A stretch of 64,000 bases of DNA, from assembly GCF_000002075.1 (NCBI RefSeq), contig NW_004797539.1, forward strand, positions 730,829 to 794,828. Reading direction: 5' to 3'. Shown in pieces: positions 27,501-42,500 of the stretch. A program made the translations under genes and the position numbers. Position 1 is the first letter of the stretch. Each line of letters starts with the position of its first letter. The DNA comes from Aplysia californica. Its lineage: Eukaryota. The notes beneath the pieces were generated by a model. The model was given only the letters and a program-made list of their open reading frames with translations. It was not told the DNA's origin and searched no databases.

Positions 27501-30500
27501 NNNNNNNNNNNNNNNNNNNNNNNNNNNNNNNNNNNNNNNNNNNNNNNNNNNNNNNNNNNNNNNNNNNAGAGAGGGGGGAGGGAGAGGGAAAGGGAGCGGG
27601 AGAGAGATGCTGCAATGGAGGAGACTGATGAAGACAAAGAATACAGAGTTTTCAGAAATGAAGAGCTCAGAAAACAAAAGTAGAGAAAGGGAATGAGAGA
27701 AATGAGGCCGGAAGATGAGGACGAAGAGGAAAAGTGGGGGAAAAAAACCCACCCGAAAAAAGGAAAAGCAAAGAACAAAGTAAAGCAGAAATAGATGCAG
27801 CAGCAGCAGATAGTTTCTCTCTGAACGTGAGCAAGCAAGCTCTTCAACATGCTCACCTGACACAGAGCCTGCAGCCAATGAGGTGAGAAGCCCCTCCCCT
27901 ACACTGGGGCTACTGGCTGATGGGGTGGGAGGGGCAGCACCTGGAGCTCCAGAAGATGACAACGAAGAAGACACTGATGTATCGGCATTGGTGGCTGGTG
28001 TGGAGCCAGATGGTGCATTGGTCGAACCTGTGGTGGTTGCTGTGGCCGTGCGGGAGGGGTCGATGCCGGCTTTCTTGTCTGTGGGGGAAAGAAATGTTTC
28101 CTCCGACTCACTCGCTGACAGACCCAAGAAGTTCAAATTTCATTTTTTCCCTCTACTACAGTAGTCTCTGCCTAAGATCCCAGTGCTTGGGAGCCAGGGA
28201 AATGCAGGATCTTAGCTTATGTACCAAGGAGAGAATCCACAGTGACTCATGGTCAGGCTTGCAAGTGGAAAAATAGTCTCCCCTTAAGCTAAAATGTGCT
28301 GACGTGACCCATGGGGTGAGTTTATGACTTATGGCGCGCAAAAAGTTGTCAACCTTGACGACCAATAACAATGGCATGAGGCATGATATTTTCATTCATC
28401 CAATCAAGAGTCCCAAGATCTAAATGCTTCTCCGCTTTACCTGGCTAAAACTTTGAGTTTTCCATCTGAGACCGAGTGCCTCACTCCTGTCGTAACACAC
28501 CATTGTGTTGTGACCGAATCAATTAAAATTCAGTCTGCCTAACAAATTCCGGTACACAGAGATGCAAGTAAGACAACTGCTGCAATGGTCAGGAAAACAA
28601 AGGCACCGAATAGTTCACACTTCGATGCTATCACGTCTGATGCAGACCTGCATGCCCTACCCACTCAGCAAGTGATGCAAGTTCAGGTGGAGAGCTCAAA
28701 TGCGAGTGCCAATGAGTTAACACCTCAATGTGAGGGGCAAACATTGTACTGTGTCATCAAGATTTACAATGATTGTTTTTATTCCGTAAATTATTATCTG
28801 AAATGCGGGATCTTAACCTAATGTAATCTTTCAGGTGGGAATCTATTAGGTGGGACTTTTGTGCAAAAAACAGCAGGATCTTAACGCGAACTGGGATTGT
28901 AAGCAGTGGGATCTTAGGCGGCGTCAACTGTGTAACCTGATGCGTTTTGGGTTTGGTCTTTGAGGGTAAGTAACTGTTGTCCTTTACAATTTGAGAGAGC
29001 ATCGTTTGAGTTACATTTTTTGATAACTGAAAAAAATTTTGTTTTTAAAAATCTCAGCTGACCTGAAACACATTTTGACACGATGATGAATGAAACTCAC
29101 AATATTCTCAAACTGATGGACCCATGGACTGTGTTCCATCTAAACTTTTTCAGACACGATAGTGATGCTTACCCAAGTTATGTAGAGGGTTCACTTTAGT
29201 AGAGGCTAGATAGAGGAAGGCTATTGGGATTAGTGACAGTGACCATTAAAGATATCTTATGAATTTTTTTTCACTGTTCAGTATGGTTTTATTGCCCTTT
29301 TGCATGCTAAGTTCCTATGTTAAGTGGTGAAAAATAAGATAACAATGAGCGATAAGTTCCTATGTTAGGTGGTGAATAATAAGATAACAATGATCGATAG
29401 CAATTACTGCCAAAATGCCTGGCTTTCTTTGGACTTTGAGCCATAAAGTTCCTGGCAGCACTGTTTTCACTCCCAAGTGAACATTTTCACAAGAGGACAT
29501 TTTATCGATGCTAAGTGTTTTATTGTAATTACTGCTCAATCGACTCAATATAAGACAATTTCTCCTTCTACCAGCCAAAGCCAACCAGAGCTGGACAGGA
29601 CTATCTTTTTTCTTTTTTTGATGAAAAAAAAAAAAGACACACCTCAGCAGAAAAATATAGACGCTTGATGTGAAGAGTGTAACTCCTACACCATAGATGT
29701 AGATAAGGGGTGTGGAGTCCAGAGGTAAAGTAGGTTCCAGCACATTTTCAGTCTGATAATGAATGTCCCAAAAGACTCATTTGAGTTCTGTGTGTCAATT
29801 GGCTATGTAAAAATAAATCAGGAACTTTTCGGACCCTGTGGATTGCTTGCGTGTGAACTCAAAACTTATGGATTATATTGTCCAATACATCTTGTATTAA
29901 GAAAACTTTTATACCTTGAGCAATATGACAAGCACACAAAAGATCAAAATATAAATAAATGTCTGAACTTAGCCATAATATGAAAAATTTCAGAAATCTG
30001 GATATCCAGATGTAGGAAAATTGGCATCTCTGTGTATTACCGTACTTCTCATCAAGACAGCTTAACTTACATTATTTTTTAGGTATGTGAAACAGAGGAG
30101 GTACTGGCCAAACACACATTAAAAAAGAAAAAGCATTTAAAAATGTTCATTATTTGTCAACTAAAACCATTCCTCTAGCAGTGACTGTTATCATCGACAG
30201 TTCTGGCAAGCGGCACTCACGTCTCTCTCGCTGCTCCAGTTTGAGGGTGAAGTAGAGCGTGCGGATGGGGAAGTAGACGGCCTGCGGGTACATACGCCCG
30301 ATGGTGGTCAGTACGTTCATGATCAGCTTTCCCTCCTTCCTCACCAGGCAGGTTAACAGCTGGGGGATCCTGAAAGGTCGTTCAAATGTCATGCACACAG
30401 GCTCGTTTTTTGGGGAGGTTATAGGAAAAAATACACGATGTCAAAGGTTGCAGACACAGAGAAGAAGAAGGTCGCAGTCTAACGAGAAAAAGGTTATTGA

Positions 30501-33500
30501 ATGTATCAGATACAGAAAATACAGCTTGGTGGGCTGCTGTTTAAAAAATAAGACGAAGGTCATTTGGGTTGCAGGCTTGAGAAAAGATAAAGGACTCTCT
30601 CTCCCTGTCCCCCCCCCCCCCCCTTCTCTCTGTCTCCCTCTACATTTGGTAGCAGTTCAAAGAAAAGATGAGGGTAACTGGAATGTCAGTAAAAGAAAAG
30701 ATAAGGGTTGGGAGGTTATCATTTTTTAAGCTTTGTAGGTATCGCTTTTGGCTACAATACGGATAACCCTAGTATGAATCCACAACAAGACATTCAAAAA
30801 GTTGCATTGATTGGGGAAATTCCAAGGCTCTCCACTCAACTGGCTCAGTCAATTCGGAGACAGAGCAAATGAGAAAATTTGTTGTTTAAGTGACCATGCA
30901 GTTTTTTAAAGGGCCAGTAACTCTTTAGATGACAGACAACAAGGTGTCGAAACGCTTAATATGAAGTGGGTGTTGCCCACACAAAAACTCCCATGAACCA
31001 TCTACTCACAAAAGCAGACTTTTGTTAGGCATATAATTGTCAATCTAGAATCTCACCATTCCACAGGAGACAGAGATCTTAAACCACTACAATGCAATGG
31101 AATAAGAAAATAAGAAAGAGACCCCCCACCCCCCCAAAAAACAAACCAACAACAAAAAAACCCAACAAACAACAACAAAAAAAAAAAAAAAAAAAAAAAA
31201 GCCATAATGGTTGTGCAGTACCATGGCAACCACTGGATGGCCGGAATCCCCTGGTGGTGCTTGTCCAATGTGGTCGCGATGGTCAGGTTCTCATCATCGT
31301 ACGTCAGCAGCCAGATGGCCTTAGCCAGGTACTTCCTGGTGCGGCCCTCGATGGCCGAGCGGCAGGCGTGCAGGTAGCAGATGGTGGCTCCTTCCCCAGT
31401 CTCCATCACTCTGGGTGGCCGGGCATTGTAACGAGAGGAGTTCAAATACTCAACACTATGGCAAAAGCAAAAAGTCTCCAATAATTGCTTTCACAGAATA
31501 AAGACCAGCATTGATCACTCCTGCTCTCCAGCTGTTTTATTAATATTATACAGGTAAAGCAGAGAATAACTCTACAGCTAATATTCATTACAATCAGAGA
31601 ACAGACACCGACTTTTTTATCTTTAAAAGTGGGCTATTCTTCAAGAGTAAAGAGAACCACATTGACATTTTAGTTTAGTAAAATTGACATAATACCACCA
31701 ATAAGAACAGGGAAAAAGTAAAGACGTTATTTGTAAAGGAGATGCCCTTCAGCAAACCCAAGAGAATAACTCTTAAACTAATATTAACTAAAACCAGAGA
31801 TAAGAGACTGCCTTTCTTTCTTTCGTATAGACAGGGTTTCTTCGTTTTTGACCTTCACACACATCACAAAGTGGAAACTTTCCATGTGATGAGCTAACAC
31901 CTGCAGTAATGATCAATGCAAGTCGAAAATAACAGGTTATAAACAAAAGCAGAGGGTGACAAAAAAGACACAGAAACTCCAAATCCAACTATTCAGATTC
32001 AGAAGCCTTAAATCTACTTGGCTGGTTAACCAACATAGACTCTCCCCCCCCCCCCTTCCAATAAACCCCTCCCAAAAAAACCCTGATCAACTCAACAGAC
32101 TTAAATAAAGCCATAGAAACACCAAATCTACACCACTAGAGTCAGAAATTCCAAATCTGGGTGAAACAGCAAACAGATTTAACCCTGCCACAGAAACCCC
32201 CCAATCTAAAAAAAAAATAAAAATCTATTTTACCTGAATCAGACCCTTCCAACTTGCTTCAGAAACCTCAAATCTACCCACTTTACCATAAATCTATTTG
32301 GTGAATCAATGAAGACACAACAGCTCCACATAAATCCTCCAAATCTACACAACCCCATTCAGAAACGCCAAATCTGTCGCACTTTATCAAGAAAAGACTG
32401 AAAGGCAGAGGCCAGAGGTCGGAGGTCGCACCTGTCACGGGTGAAGATGGTCTCTAGGTAGTCACCCCACAGTGCCCAAGCGTTGACCAGACAGTCATGG
32501 AGCTGCACAGCGGCCGAGAACACCTTGTTGGCCTCCTCCGAGCGGCTGAGGTGCTGCAGGAAGTATCCCTTCATGGCGTAGAGCTCTGCCATCATCTCCT
32601 TGGTGAAGAACTTGAGGTTGGTCACTTCAATTACGTCCAGGCCCTGGGAATACCGAGTAGACTTTAAAAAAAAAAGAGGCATGTTTTTCTTCAATTCATC
32701 GGCTAGGTGCATTACGTGTGCAGCACTTGGTCTGGTGATAGGCTTTATTGTTTTTGTTTAGAGTCTAGAGAATCACATTGACATAACAGTTATTTAGTAC
32801 TAGGAAAAAGAAACAGCAGAAGGAAGGAGAAGAAGTAAGCCCTTCTAGTGGTGTCCTCCTACCACTTGCCTGGTGGTAGAAGAAGAAAGCAATGCCCGTA
32901 CACAGCGATAAACACTTCACCAGACCATTTGAGCACAGATAATCACATACAAGAGTTATTTCACCTAAGAGTAACATTCCTTTTCTATCTTTAACCCTCA
33001 GGGTTACTGACAGCTATTATTTGAACCAGACAATTGACCTTTAACCTTTCACTGACCTCAGTGAATTCGCTCTTGTTGAGTGAGGTGCCCATGTGCATGT
33101 AGCACTTGACCTGCTGTCGAACCTTCTGGAAACAGTCCAGGACTGGGACACTTGTGATGTTGTGGATCCTGAGGAGAGATGAAGGGGAGAGGATGAGGCG
33201 TTGATAACATAGAATCTGTACACACCTGTTGTCAAAGCAAACATTTTTTTCGGTTGTTTTTAACTGAGAATCAGTGCAGAAATGCAATCAATTACCTTTT
33301 AATTTTCCTTTAAAAAAAGACCATGTTAGAGCCTGTGAGTTCAACACGAAAGGGAACTTTGCCATTCCCATTGATTTTAATCTGGACAAAGTACATCTTT
33401 TTTTCCCCCCAAGTCGGTCTTGTTCTTTTTTCAAGGTAACAAAGACCAAACATTATTAAGAAATTTCTCTTATATGAGAGCATGCAAGCAGTTTTCGATT

Positions 33501-36500
33501 AGGAGCGTATAGCTATCCATCACAACTTCCCATATAACAAACCGCCCACAGGCTATGGGTGTTTCTAACTGGCCAGAGAGTACTGAGAAAGTCCTAGCCA
33601 GCAACACACACTCATATGAACATACAAAATAGTCAGAATAATAGACTAAAAAATGACAGAAAGGCCTGCAGTGACTTTACTCCAAGGGTATATCATCAGT
33701 GTATACCCACAAGAGCTTAAGTCATTTTATGAGGTTTTGAGCAAATAAAACAAAAACAGTAGGCCCTAATTACAAGATTGGGTCCTGATAATTATTTTTC
33801 ATATCTTTTGATGTCTTTATTCAAATTGGCTTCATTTGGAAACCCCAAGAATTTTATTTGAGCCATTGTGGAATGAAGCTGAATATATGAAAACATTATT
33901 AAAAAGCAAACAGAAGACACCTTAACCTTTCTGCACAGTGAAAAGACACAACTTTCTGTATGTGCATTCTGCATTGTCTGTTTCACATAACAGGCTAAAA
34001 CAGTACCTTTACATATGCAGCTGAGACCTGTGTCAATAAATAATAATAATGCTTACAGTAAGGTCTTATTACACAAATTTATACATATATTTTTAGAATT
34101 CTTCCTCCCTTAAACTTTTGCAGAAGAAGTAAAAAATTTCCACTGTATCAATTTTTACTTTTTATCTTCAAACATACTTATACAAGTATCTACATTTCTT
34201 ATGCATAGCAGTTCCTTTCCACATCATGACTTCGAAATAAAATCACAGAGATACAGCATCTGATACAAGCATCACATGATGAACCATGCCAGTAAATCAA
34301 GACATGTTTACAGTCTTATCCTTACTTGCTTAGCGAGTCGAGGCTCACACCAACCAGACCATGTTTGCGAGCAATCTTGCCAAAGTGGATGATGGACTGG
34401 GCTGTGGCATGCACTCCCAGCATGGAATTTGAGTTCTGAGAAAAAGATGTTACCATCATGAAGTAAGATCAAATAAAAACCACGACAACAGCACTCGTAA
34501 AAAACAAAAACAAAACAAATCCAAATACCTTTAATAATGATGAGAACAAAATTCTGGAAAAAAACCAAACAACTTTACTGATAAATTTTATTAGCACAAG
34601 CCTGAACTAACATAAAATTATTCCTTTAAAAAAGGAAAAACTGACACACAAAAGCAGGAGAACCACTACTAACAAGGTTGCATAAAAACAGTTGTTGATA
34701 TCACGGACAGAATATTCTACTTTCTTCATTTCAGTTAAGTTCTGAGTAAAGAGAAGCACCTCGACAAAGACAGTCATTTAGTGCAGGATAAAGCAAAACA
34801 AGACAAGACAAAAAGAGGGAAAGTAAAGAAGTGGGATCCAACAACAGCATTCTCTAAGCTGTGGTAAAGGTGTACTTTTAAGTAAATACAGAATTCTATC
34901 CTTAGATTCCCAAATACTACTTCATTATATTACAGGAGTAGGCTAGCCATGTGAAGGAAAATACTACCTTAGTTTTTTTTGCTTGCAGTTAAGCATTTTT
35001 GTTTTATTTGTTTGAGTAAATAGAACCACTTTAAAAAAATGATGGCATTCAATGCAGAGGAAAAGCAAAAAAGACAAACAGAAAAAACAGAGGGTAAAGA
35101 AGAAGTTGAACTTATCAAGACGTGTTTTCCTTTGTTTCAATAAAAAGAAGCACACTGAAACAATAATGGCCTTTCATTGCTGAGAAAAAAAAGCATGAAA
35201 GACACAAAAACACCAGAGGGAATGGAAAAAGATAAGCCTATCAGGGGTGCTCTCCAGCCATTAATCCCTGTCAGCTACTCCTACCATACTTACATTGTCA
35301 CTGCTCTGTTGGTTCTCAAAGTGAGAGATGATGAATTGGTAGTGATGCTGTCTCCACGTGAAAATGTCACTCCAGTGAGACAGGTCATCTGATATCATTG
35401 GCAACCGATTCCTGAATGAAAACAGGAGCTAATCATGTAAAACATCTACCACACACTAAAATATCATTGACCAATCACATAATAGGTCTAAGACATAAAA
35501 GACAGTGCATCTTTATTCTTAATAATCCATTACATTTGTGCAAAACAAGATTTCCCCTTAGTAGAACAGATATTAAAAAAAATACAAATACATTTTCTAA
35601 ACTGAAATCATACACTTGTTTTATTGACCCCATGGACAAACTTGATTTAAAAAATGGCATAAAACTGTTCTATTTACACACATCATCATGATGCACAAGA
35701 TCACACTAACGCACTGTCTCTCCAATATGGCATTTCTGGTTGTTGCTACTAAGCAGTGCCCTCTTCATTTTTTAGAAAGGGTTGCAGTGTCTAGATTTTT
35801 ACGGCACTTGCAACACAATAAGGTCATTTAAGTGCCGAAGATTAGAGGTCTTACAAGAAAGTAACAAACATAAAAAAGAAGGAGGGGAGAAAAAGACGAT
35901 AGTTGTTTGATAGGAAAGAACGAGCAAACCACACAGAGCACCTGCCAACCACACAGAGCACCTGCCAACCACCCACCGTGTGTCTAGTTCAAGGACACAT
36001 TCCAGTGACACTACCTAAATGCCATTTAATCCATAAATGCCTGACATTAACAACAAAAACAATAATAACAACAGCAGCAACAACAACAAAATAAGAAACA
36101 GGTAGATGATGGCGACTGTCTTTTGAAAATGATAAACTCAGCACCCAGCAGAACATGAGGCTTCCACAATAGTAACAACAACCACAAACAGCAGCAAAGG
36201 AAAAAAAGACAGAAATAAGGTTTTGGCCTACTTTAAAAAATGTAAAACTCTGTGTATCTGGCAGAGAATAAGACTTCAACAACAACAATGCCAAGAATAA
36301 CTATAGTGAACACTCCATTAGCTCATTTGGAATCATGCTGGACTATGGAGCGGACGCCCTGGATTTGAATCTCAGAATGGGCGTTCTTGAACTTGGGTCG
36401 TTTTATAGAGTTTTCAAGGCTCTCGACCCATTTGGCTCTTCTTTTGGAGACGGACGTTAATTTTGGAGGTCTCGCCTCTTAAATAAAGTAATAGTGTTGA

Positions 36501-39500
36501 TAGGGGCATTAAATCCCTACACTTACTTGTCTACAGCGACCACAGCAACAAGAGAAAAACCAACAAAATAACAACAGCTACAACAATGCTGGCAAAGGAG
36601 AAAAAAACCACCAGATCAGGATGGGACTTACTTCCAAGTCTTGACGATAGCCTTCATGTCGTGCACGCTGGTGCTGCGTGCTATGCTGGCTGGCTGAAGA
36701 CTCTGGTTGATTTGAGCTGCCTCTTGAAGCTCCATGATCATCTGAGCTGCCTGGGGACATTGAAAATGGAATTGTAAATGTTTTATGCTTCCATCGACAC
36801 AATTTAACTCGTTTGGGAAGCAGGCCGCTTCGACTCTCTCCGTCAGTGCCTACCCGAGCCAAATGGGATAAAACGTCCAAGAAGATAGATGTAGATTGGA
36901 TATTCGATTTTTAAAAAGCTTCCCCTACAGAAATTGAACTTGTCTTCTGCAGTGACAAAGAGCTGAACCTGTACACCTCAGACCACAGTTTGGAGAGATC
37001 AACAATCATGTACACCAAGTAGTACAAGCCACAATATCACTTACGTTATATATGCCGAAACACAACACGACAACCTCCCCTCCACCACAAGAGAAAGGTA
37101 TGTTTCTTTTCCTTGCATAAACAAAAGCATACTGATGCGGAAAAGGTCATTTAGTGCAGGGAGCAGGTAAAAAGTAAGATGGACAGAGAGAGGCAAAACT
37201 GGGGGGAAAAACAGAAGTAAGACTTACTGGTGGTGCCAAGACACATAATGATAACTATAACGTTTTTTCACCAAAGAGAGATGTGTGTTTTGTTCTAGTT
37301 TGAATAAAGAGATGCACACTGGCACAAAAATGGTAATTAAGGGCTGTAAAAAAAACAGACAGAAAGAACAGAAGGAAAGAACACAAGTACCCCCTATCAT
37401 TGATGCCCTCCATATACATTATAGAGAGAGATGAATAAGTAAAAACCGCCTACAACAACTACGGTTTGGGTAAATACCTCTATAAGCACTGTCAGGTTAT
37501 TTAGGATACACGACTTCACAATTCAGCATCTATATTATTTGATAGGACAAAAACAAGAGGGTACAGAGTTGTACAATTGATTAAACACAAACAAATAGAT
37601 CTAACCATTAAATATCCTCTTTTGAATTTCTCCTAATATTGAAATCGGATAGTATTTACTTACTTATATCCTGATAGTCAATGATTGACTGATAAGAATA
37701 AAAGCATTAACACCAGCTTCAAGATCATTGTGCTAGGGAATTAATAAATTGGGTAATCTTCATTGTAGTTGTGCATAACAGTGTTAAAAGCAGGTAAACC
37801 CATACCTGAGTTTGGTTAGCAAGCTATTTAGAAAAACTTACCTGTAAATATTGCACATGAATCTGACCCACAATGCTTGGGAGTCGCCGCCATTCCTTGA
37901 TCACTTGGTTCCCACAAGTCTCCACCAAACGCTCGATCTATCGAATTCACATGATACAAAAAAGTGTCTTCACAACAATGGCAAATAGTTTCTTCAGAGA
38001 TTAACTAGATGTACATCTATCATGGAGCATAAAGCAGCTAAAAATACAATTAGACACAATACTATCAGCTAGAAAACACTACAGACTATGGGATCAAAGA
38101 AAAACTCCGATATACAATTATCATGTAGGATAATAAATCGCAACACCACAGACCACAGAAGGCTTGTTGCTAACAACAAATGCCTATTGTTTAATCGACT
38201 TCATCTGCCTGATCAGACTGGAATGGGCCAGGTCAGGTAATAGCGCTGGCCAGAACTCTACATCAAATACACCTGAAGTCCATTAGGACCCTATAGATTC
38301 GGTGCAAAGAAAAGACAGGACACCACAATGTCATGTGACATGCCGTAGACTTCAGATTGGCTGATAGTCATGACTTTCATCAAATGCATCTGATTGTGAC
38401 TAAGACTATCAAGCCTTTTTGAATTTGAAGAATTTCGCCCTCAAATAAATCAAACAAAAAATTCGGATTTGATGAAATTTTCTGCAGTGTGCACTTGGTG
38501 TAACTCATTGCCCTTGGCATATCAGCCTGGCTAACATCACAGACTCCTAAATAACTATAACATTTAAGCATTACTTCACATGGGAAACATTGTAATGAAG
38601 AGAAAAGACAAATACTTTAGCGAAGCATGAGCAAAATGTTTGGAATAAAACATTGAAAAAAGGAATTTTCATTAACTTCTATCATAGGCTACTATAATCC
38701 CTTCTCGACTCTATATCACATTTTTTCCTATCTGGCGAATAAGCCAACACGTCACTGACACAATGCCATTCGCCATCTTTCAACATGCAAGGACTACAAT
38801 GATGGGTGTCAATTATCTTATCGTTAGTGTCATTACACAATTGTTTAAGTTCTTTTTTTCAGGTTTCTTGAAGTTGGAATTGAAAATGCAAGATATTTGT
38901 TTTCATATCCTGGACATAGGAAGCTTTTCCTTCATGCACTAAAAATTCAGTTAATTATTGAGATATTTTCCTTTTTACTCAAATTATATGATTGATAAAG
39001 GTAAGCCTTAAAAAAAAAAGTTAACTCAAAAAAGACTTCCGCATTTGTGTTATGACTGAAAATACATTTTTTTAAAAATGTGGAAGGTGAAAATCTGCCT
39101 AAAACTGATTAGTCACCACAAAAAGGTTAAGCAAAACAAGATGAAAAAGATTACCTGCTGTGAGTTGAGATGATGCTCCTCAGAGTTGCAGATGGCCAAA
39201 TATCCTCGAAACAGGTTAATTTTCCACTGCTGTTCTCGTTTGAAGTTGCCTTCCACCTGCAAGGAAAATCAAGGCAACTGTCAATTTGAAGAACTGGCTA
39301 AAGTCATGTGTGTTCAAGTCTTTGAAGACATACACAATAACAGGAATAAAAAAAAAACTGCAGGGTGAATTCCGCTGAGGGGAACAAACTACAAACTACA
39401 ACTCACTTTACCTAGGGGATAAACCACAAACCACTTTATTCAAGGAAACAGAAAACAAAGCACAACACATTCAACCAGGAAAATAAATCACAGACCACAA

Positions 39501-42500
39501 AACCACACTACTTTCACTACAGGGGGAAACAACCCACTACTCATTCTACCAAAGGAACCAACCACAAACCACTCCATGAAATGAACAAACCATACAACTC
39601 ACTCTGCAGAAGGAAAGAACCAAAGACTACATTACTCACTCTTCCATCATTTTACTAGAAGAATGAACCACAAACCAAACTGTTCACTCTACCGAAGCAA
39701 AGAACCACAAACCACAGACAAAACTACTTACTCTGCCGAGAGCGTCCTTCATGAGGGGCCAGTTGGGAACCCTCCACGCACACTCTAGGATGAGCTCGGG
39801 TATCACATTGCCGCGGGAGTTGGCATACTCTAGCAGTGTCTCCCATTGGTTCATTTCCTTAGAGCATCTGGGGGAACAAATCAGGAGATCCTCAGCTTCA
39901 CAAAGAGGTGAAAACAATTCGAGCCAATGCGTCAGAAAGACTAGAGATGGAGGCATTGGTTATGAACAAACGTTTTAAAGAAATCTCTGTGTCATTTACT
40001 GGTCATGTACATTTTAAATGATAAAATTTAGTTAATGGGCTCATATCACTAAAAACAAGGTTCTGCTCATGAACTCATTTTGTAAATAAGAAGCCCAAAA
40101 TGGTGTCTTACAAATGTATTAAATGCAAAACTAGAAACAATGAACCCAAATTATTCACATTGCCAGAAACATTTTCAATCATGACAGTGATCAGACTTGG
40201 AAAACCATAGAAATTAGACATTATAGTACCTGCATTGACAGAGTGCCTGATGATTTTACCAGCACCTAACTTTATTCTTTTACACAAACTAATATACGTT
40301 TATGAAGTTGTGAAAATATACAAATATCTTGACACTGAAAAGATCACAGGACTGACAGTCTCACTGCATTTCAGCCCCTTTTCAGCACAGTGCTGCTTTT
40401 ACAAATCTGTTGAGTCTTTAAAAAATTCTCAAAAAAAGCAGGAAAGGGGTCACAGTAGGACTAAAATAACTACGTAATAGTGACAGACAGTTAGGGTGAG
40501 CTATAAGACCCCTATAGCTCTTTACCGTGAAGCTACAAGTAACACTCACTTGATCCAGCACTCTTCAATAAGTTTCAGCTCCATCCACCCTTCTCTCGGA
40601 GTGGGTGATGTGTTGTGGTCCATTCTGATCTTGGACATAACCTGGAAGTGCACAGAGACAAAACATTTAAAAAAAAAAATGATGACACAAAATATTATTC
40701 TTCCCTCAACTCCACTTTAGACAGAGACAAAGATGGGGGGAGGGAGGATAGAATCAAACTCAGACAAAAAATCAGTTATGTATTATCCCACATGGAAATT
40801 AAAGCACATCTTTACATCCTCAGCGTGCAGAGGTGAGGAGTCCAATCATTTTACCACAAACACTTGTCGAACAGTTTCATATGAAGAGAGTAAGATACAC
40901 AAATGAGAAAATTAATTGGCACACAATCATGCTGTTTATCTATAGGCACCATAAAAAAATCTTGTAAAAGTGCAACAAACCCCTTCAAACGTGGTCTGAG
41001 CCTGCTCAAAGAAGCCGTGCTGCATGTAAGCAAGAGCTGTGTTGGTCTCTGGGTACTTGGCTCTCTTCTGCCACAAGCCTGAGAACATATCCTCTTCCTT
41101 CAGGAGGGCATAAATCTCACACAGGCAGTCCATGGTTTCCTGGAACAACAATAGGGTGTCAGAAAATTGTATGTGGGTAGTCCTACAACAGAAACAGATA
41201 CTTGGGACGAAGCCTGCTCAGTTCCATGACTGATTTTTTTTTTGGTGGGGGGGGGGCTCTCATAGTCAAATGGTCCCTGGTTCAAAACCCGCCATACATT
41301 TTCTTTTCTATTTTTTCCTCCACTCCCATTTTTTAATCCTGTTCAGTCAGATGCTATCATCACACTTTCTTCTCACAACCCTCCATGCTCCTCTCTCCCT
41401 TCCTCTTAAATCGCTCTCTACTGCTACTCCTGGCCCCTTCTTACTGCTGTACTTCAGCCACATTCCTGATCTTTTGTTGGTAAGTTTGAACACCTACAAT
41501 TCTTGGATAATGGTGAAAACTTTCAGAGGTCTAGTGTGCAGGTTGGGCACGTTCAAGATCCCTTAGTGGCCCTAAAATCTATGAGTACGCTTTGGTCACC
41601 ACCTGAGCAAAATTAAAAAACAATTCCCACCAAAACTGAAAATATTCTAGTCAGTATAAAATAAAGAAGTATGTTTGAAATCAGAATGTGGCTGCCCGAA
41701 GTCAAGGGGCCTTATGAAGTGTGGAAAATGGTTACATAGGTAAACTCAATTGCACTGCAGGTTGAAGAACCCATGAGATCTAGCAGGGGAATGCAAAGAA
41801 GAAGTTTCATGACAAATTCCTTGCCCATCCAGCGCCGAAATGTATCTTTCTGTACTCCAATTCTCGTAACACTTTTTACAATTTTGAACATGCATAACAC
41901 GAAAACTCCCACATAAGAAACTACGTTTCTCAAGTCATAACCAACAAATTATCTTCACAATGTTCTTAACATTTTCTGCATTAAAATACCTGAGCTGATT
42001 CATCCCCTACAGCAACAATAGGGGAAAAACAATGCTTAAGAAAAGAGTAATAGAGGAACTAAAATGACGTTTGTGGAAATGAACGTAAACGAACACATAG
42101 AAGAATTAAATCAAGCTTAGAGAGGAACCAAAACGAACTTAGAGAGGAATTCAAACCAACATACAGAGAAATTATAAGGATCAGAGCAGAGAGAAGAGTT
42201 TTAAAATTCAAAACATCCAGAGAAACTACAATCATCAGATCACAGCGAGGAATTAGCAGAAAACATACAGAGAAAATAAAATAAACATAAACATAGAAAG
42301 GAACTTGCACAAGTACAGAGGTGAGCTAGAGCTAAATTAACCATAGAGAGTCAAGTCCTTCGTCACTTCATCATGTTCCAACAACGTTACCTGTAGAGGC
42401 GCGGCCGGCTGGGGTTCGAAGTCATACTCGTTGACGGCGAGCCTGGCAATGCCGGGGATAGGGTTAGGGTCATCAAAGGCAGCTGCCTCCAACAGCAAAC

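Noticed and set aside
28280-28940. Possible DNA transposon with gggatctta repeats (similar remnants at ~3200-3640 and ~26150-26385)
   Set aside because: No matching termini or target duplication could be identified, so it was not annotated.
37806-37841. Cryptic donor 36 nt downstream of exon 37842
   Set aside because: The extension contains an in-frame TAG, and nothing supports its use.
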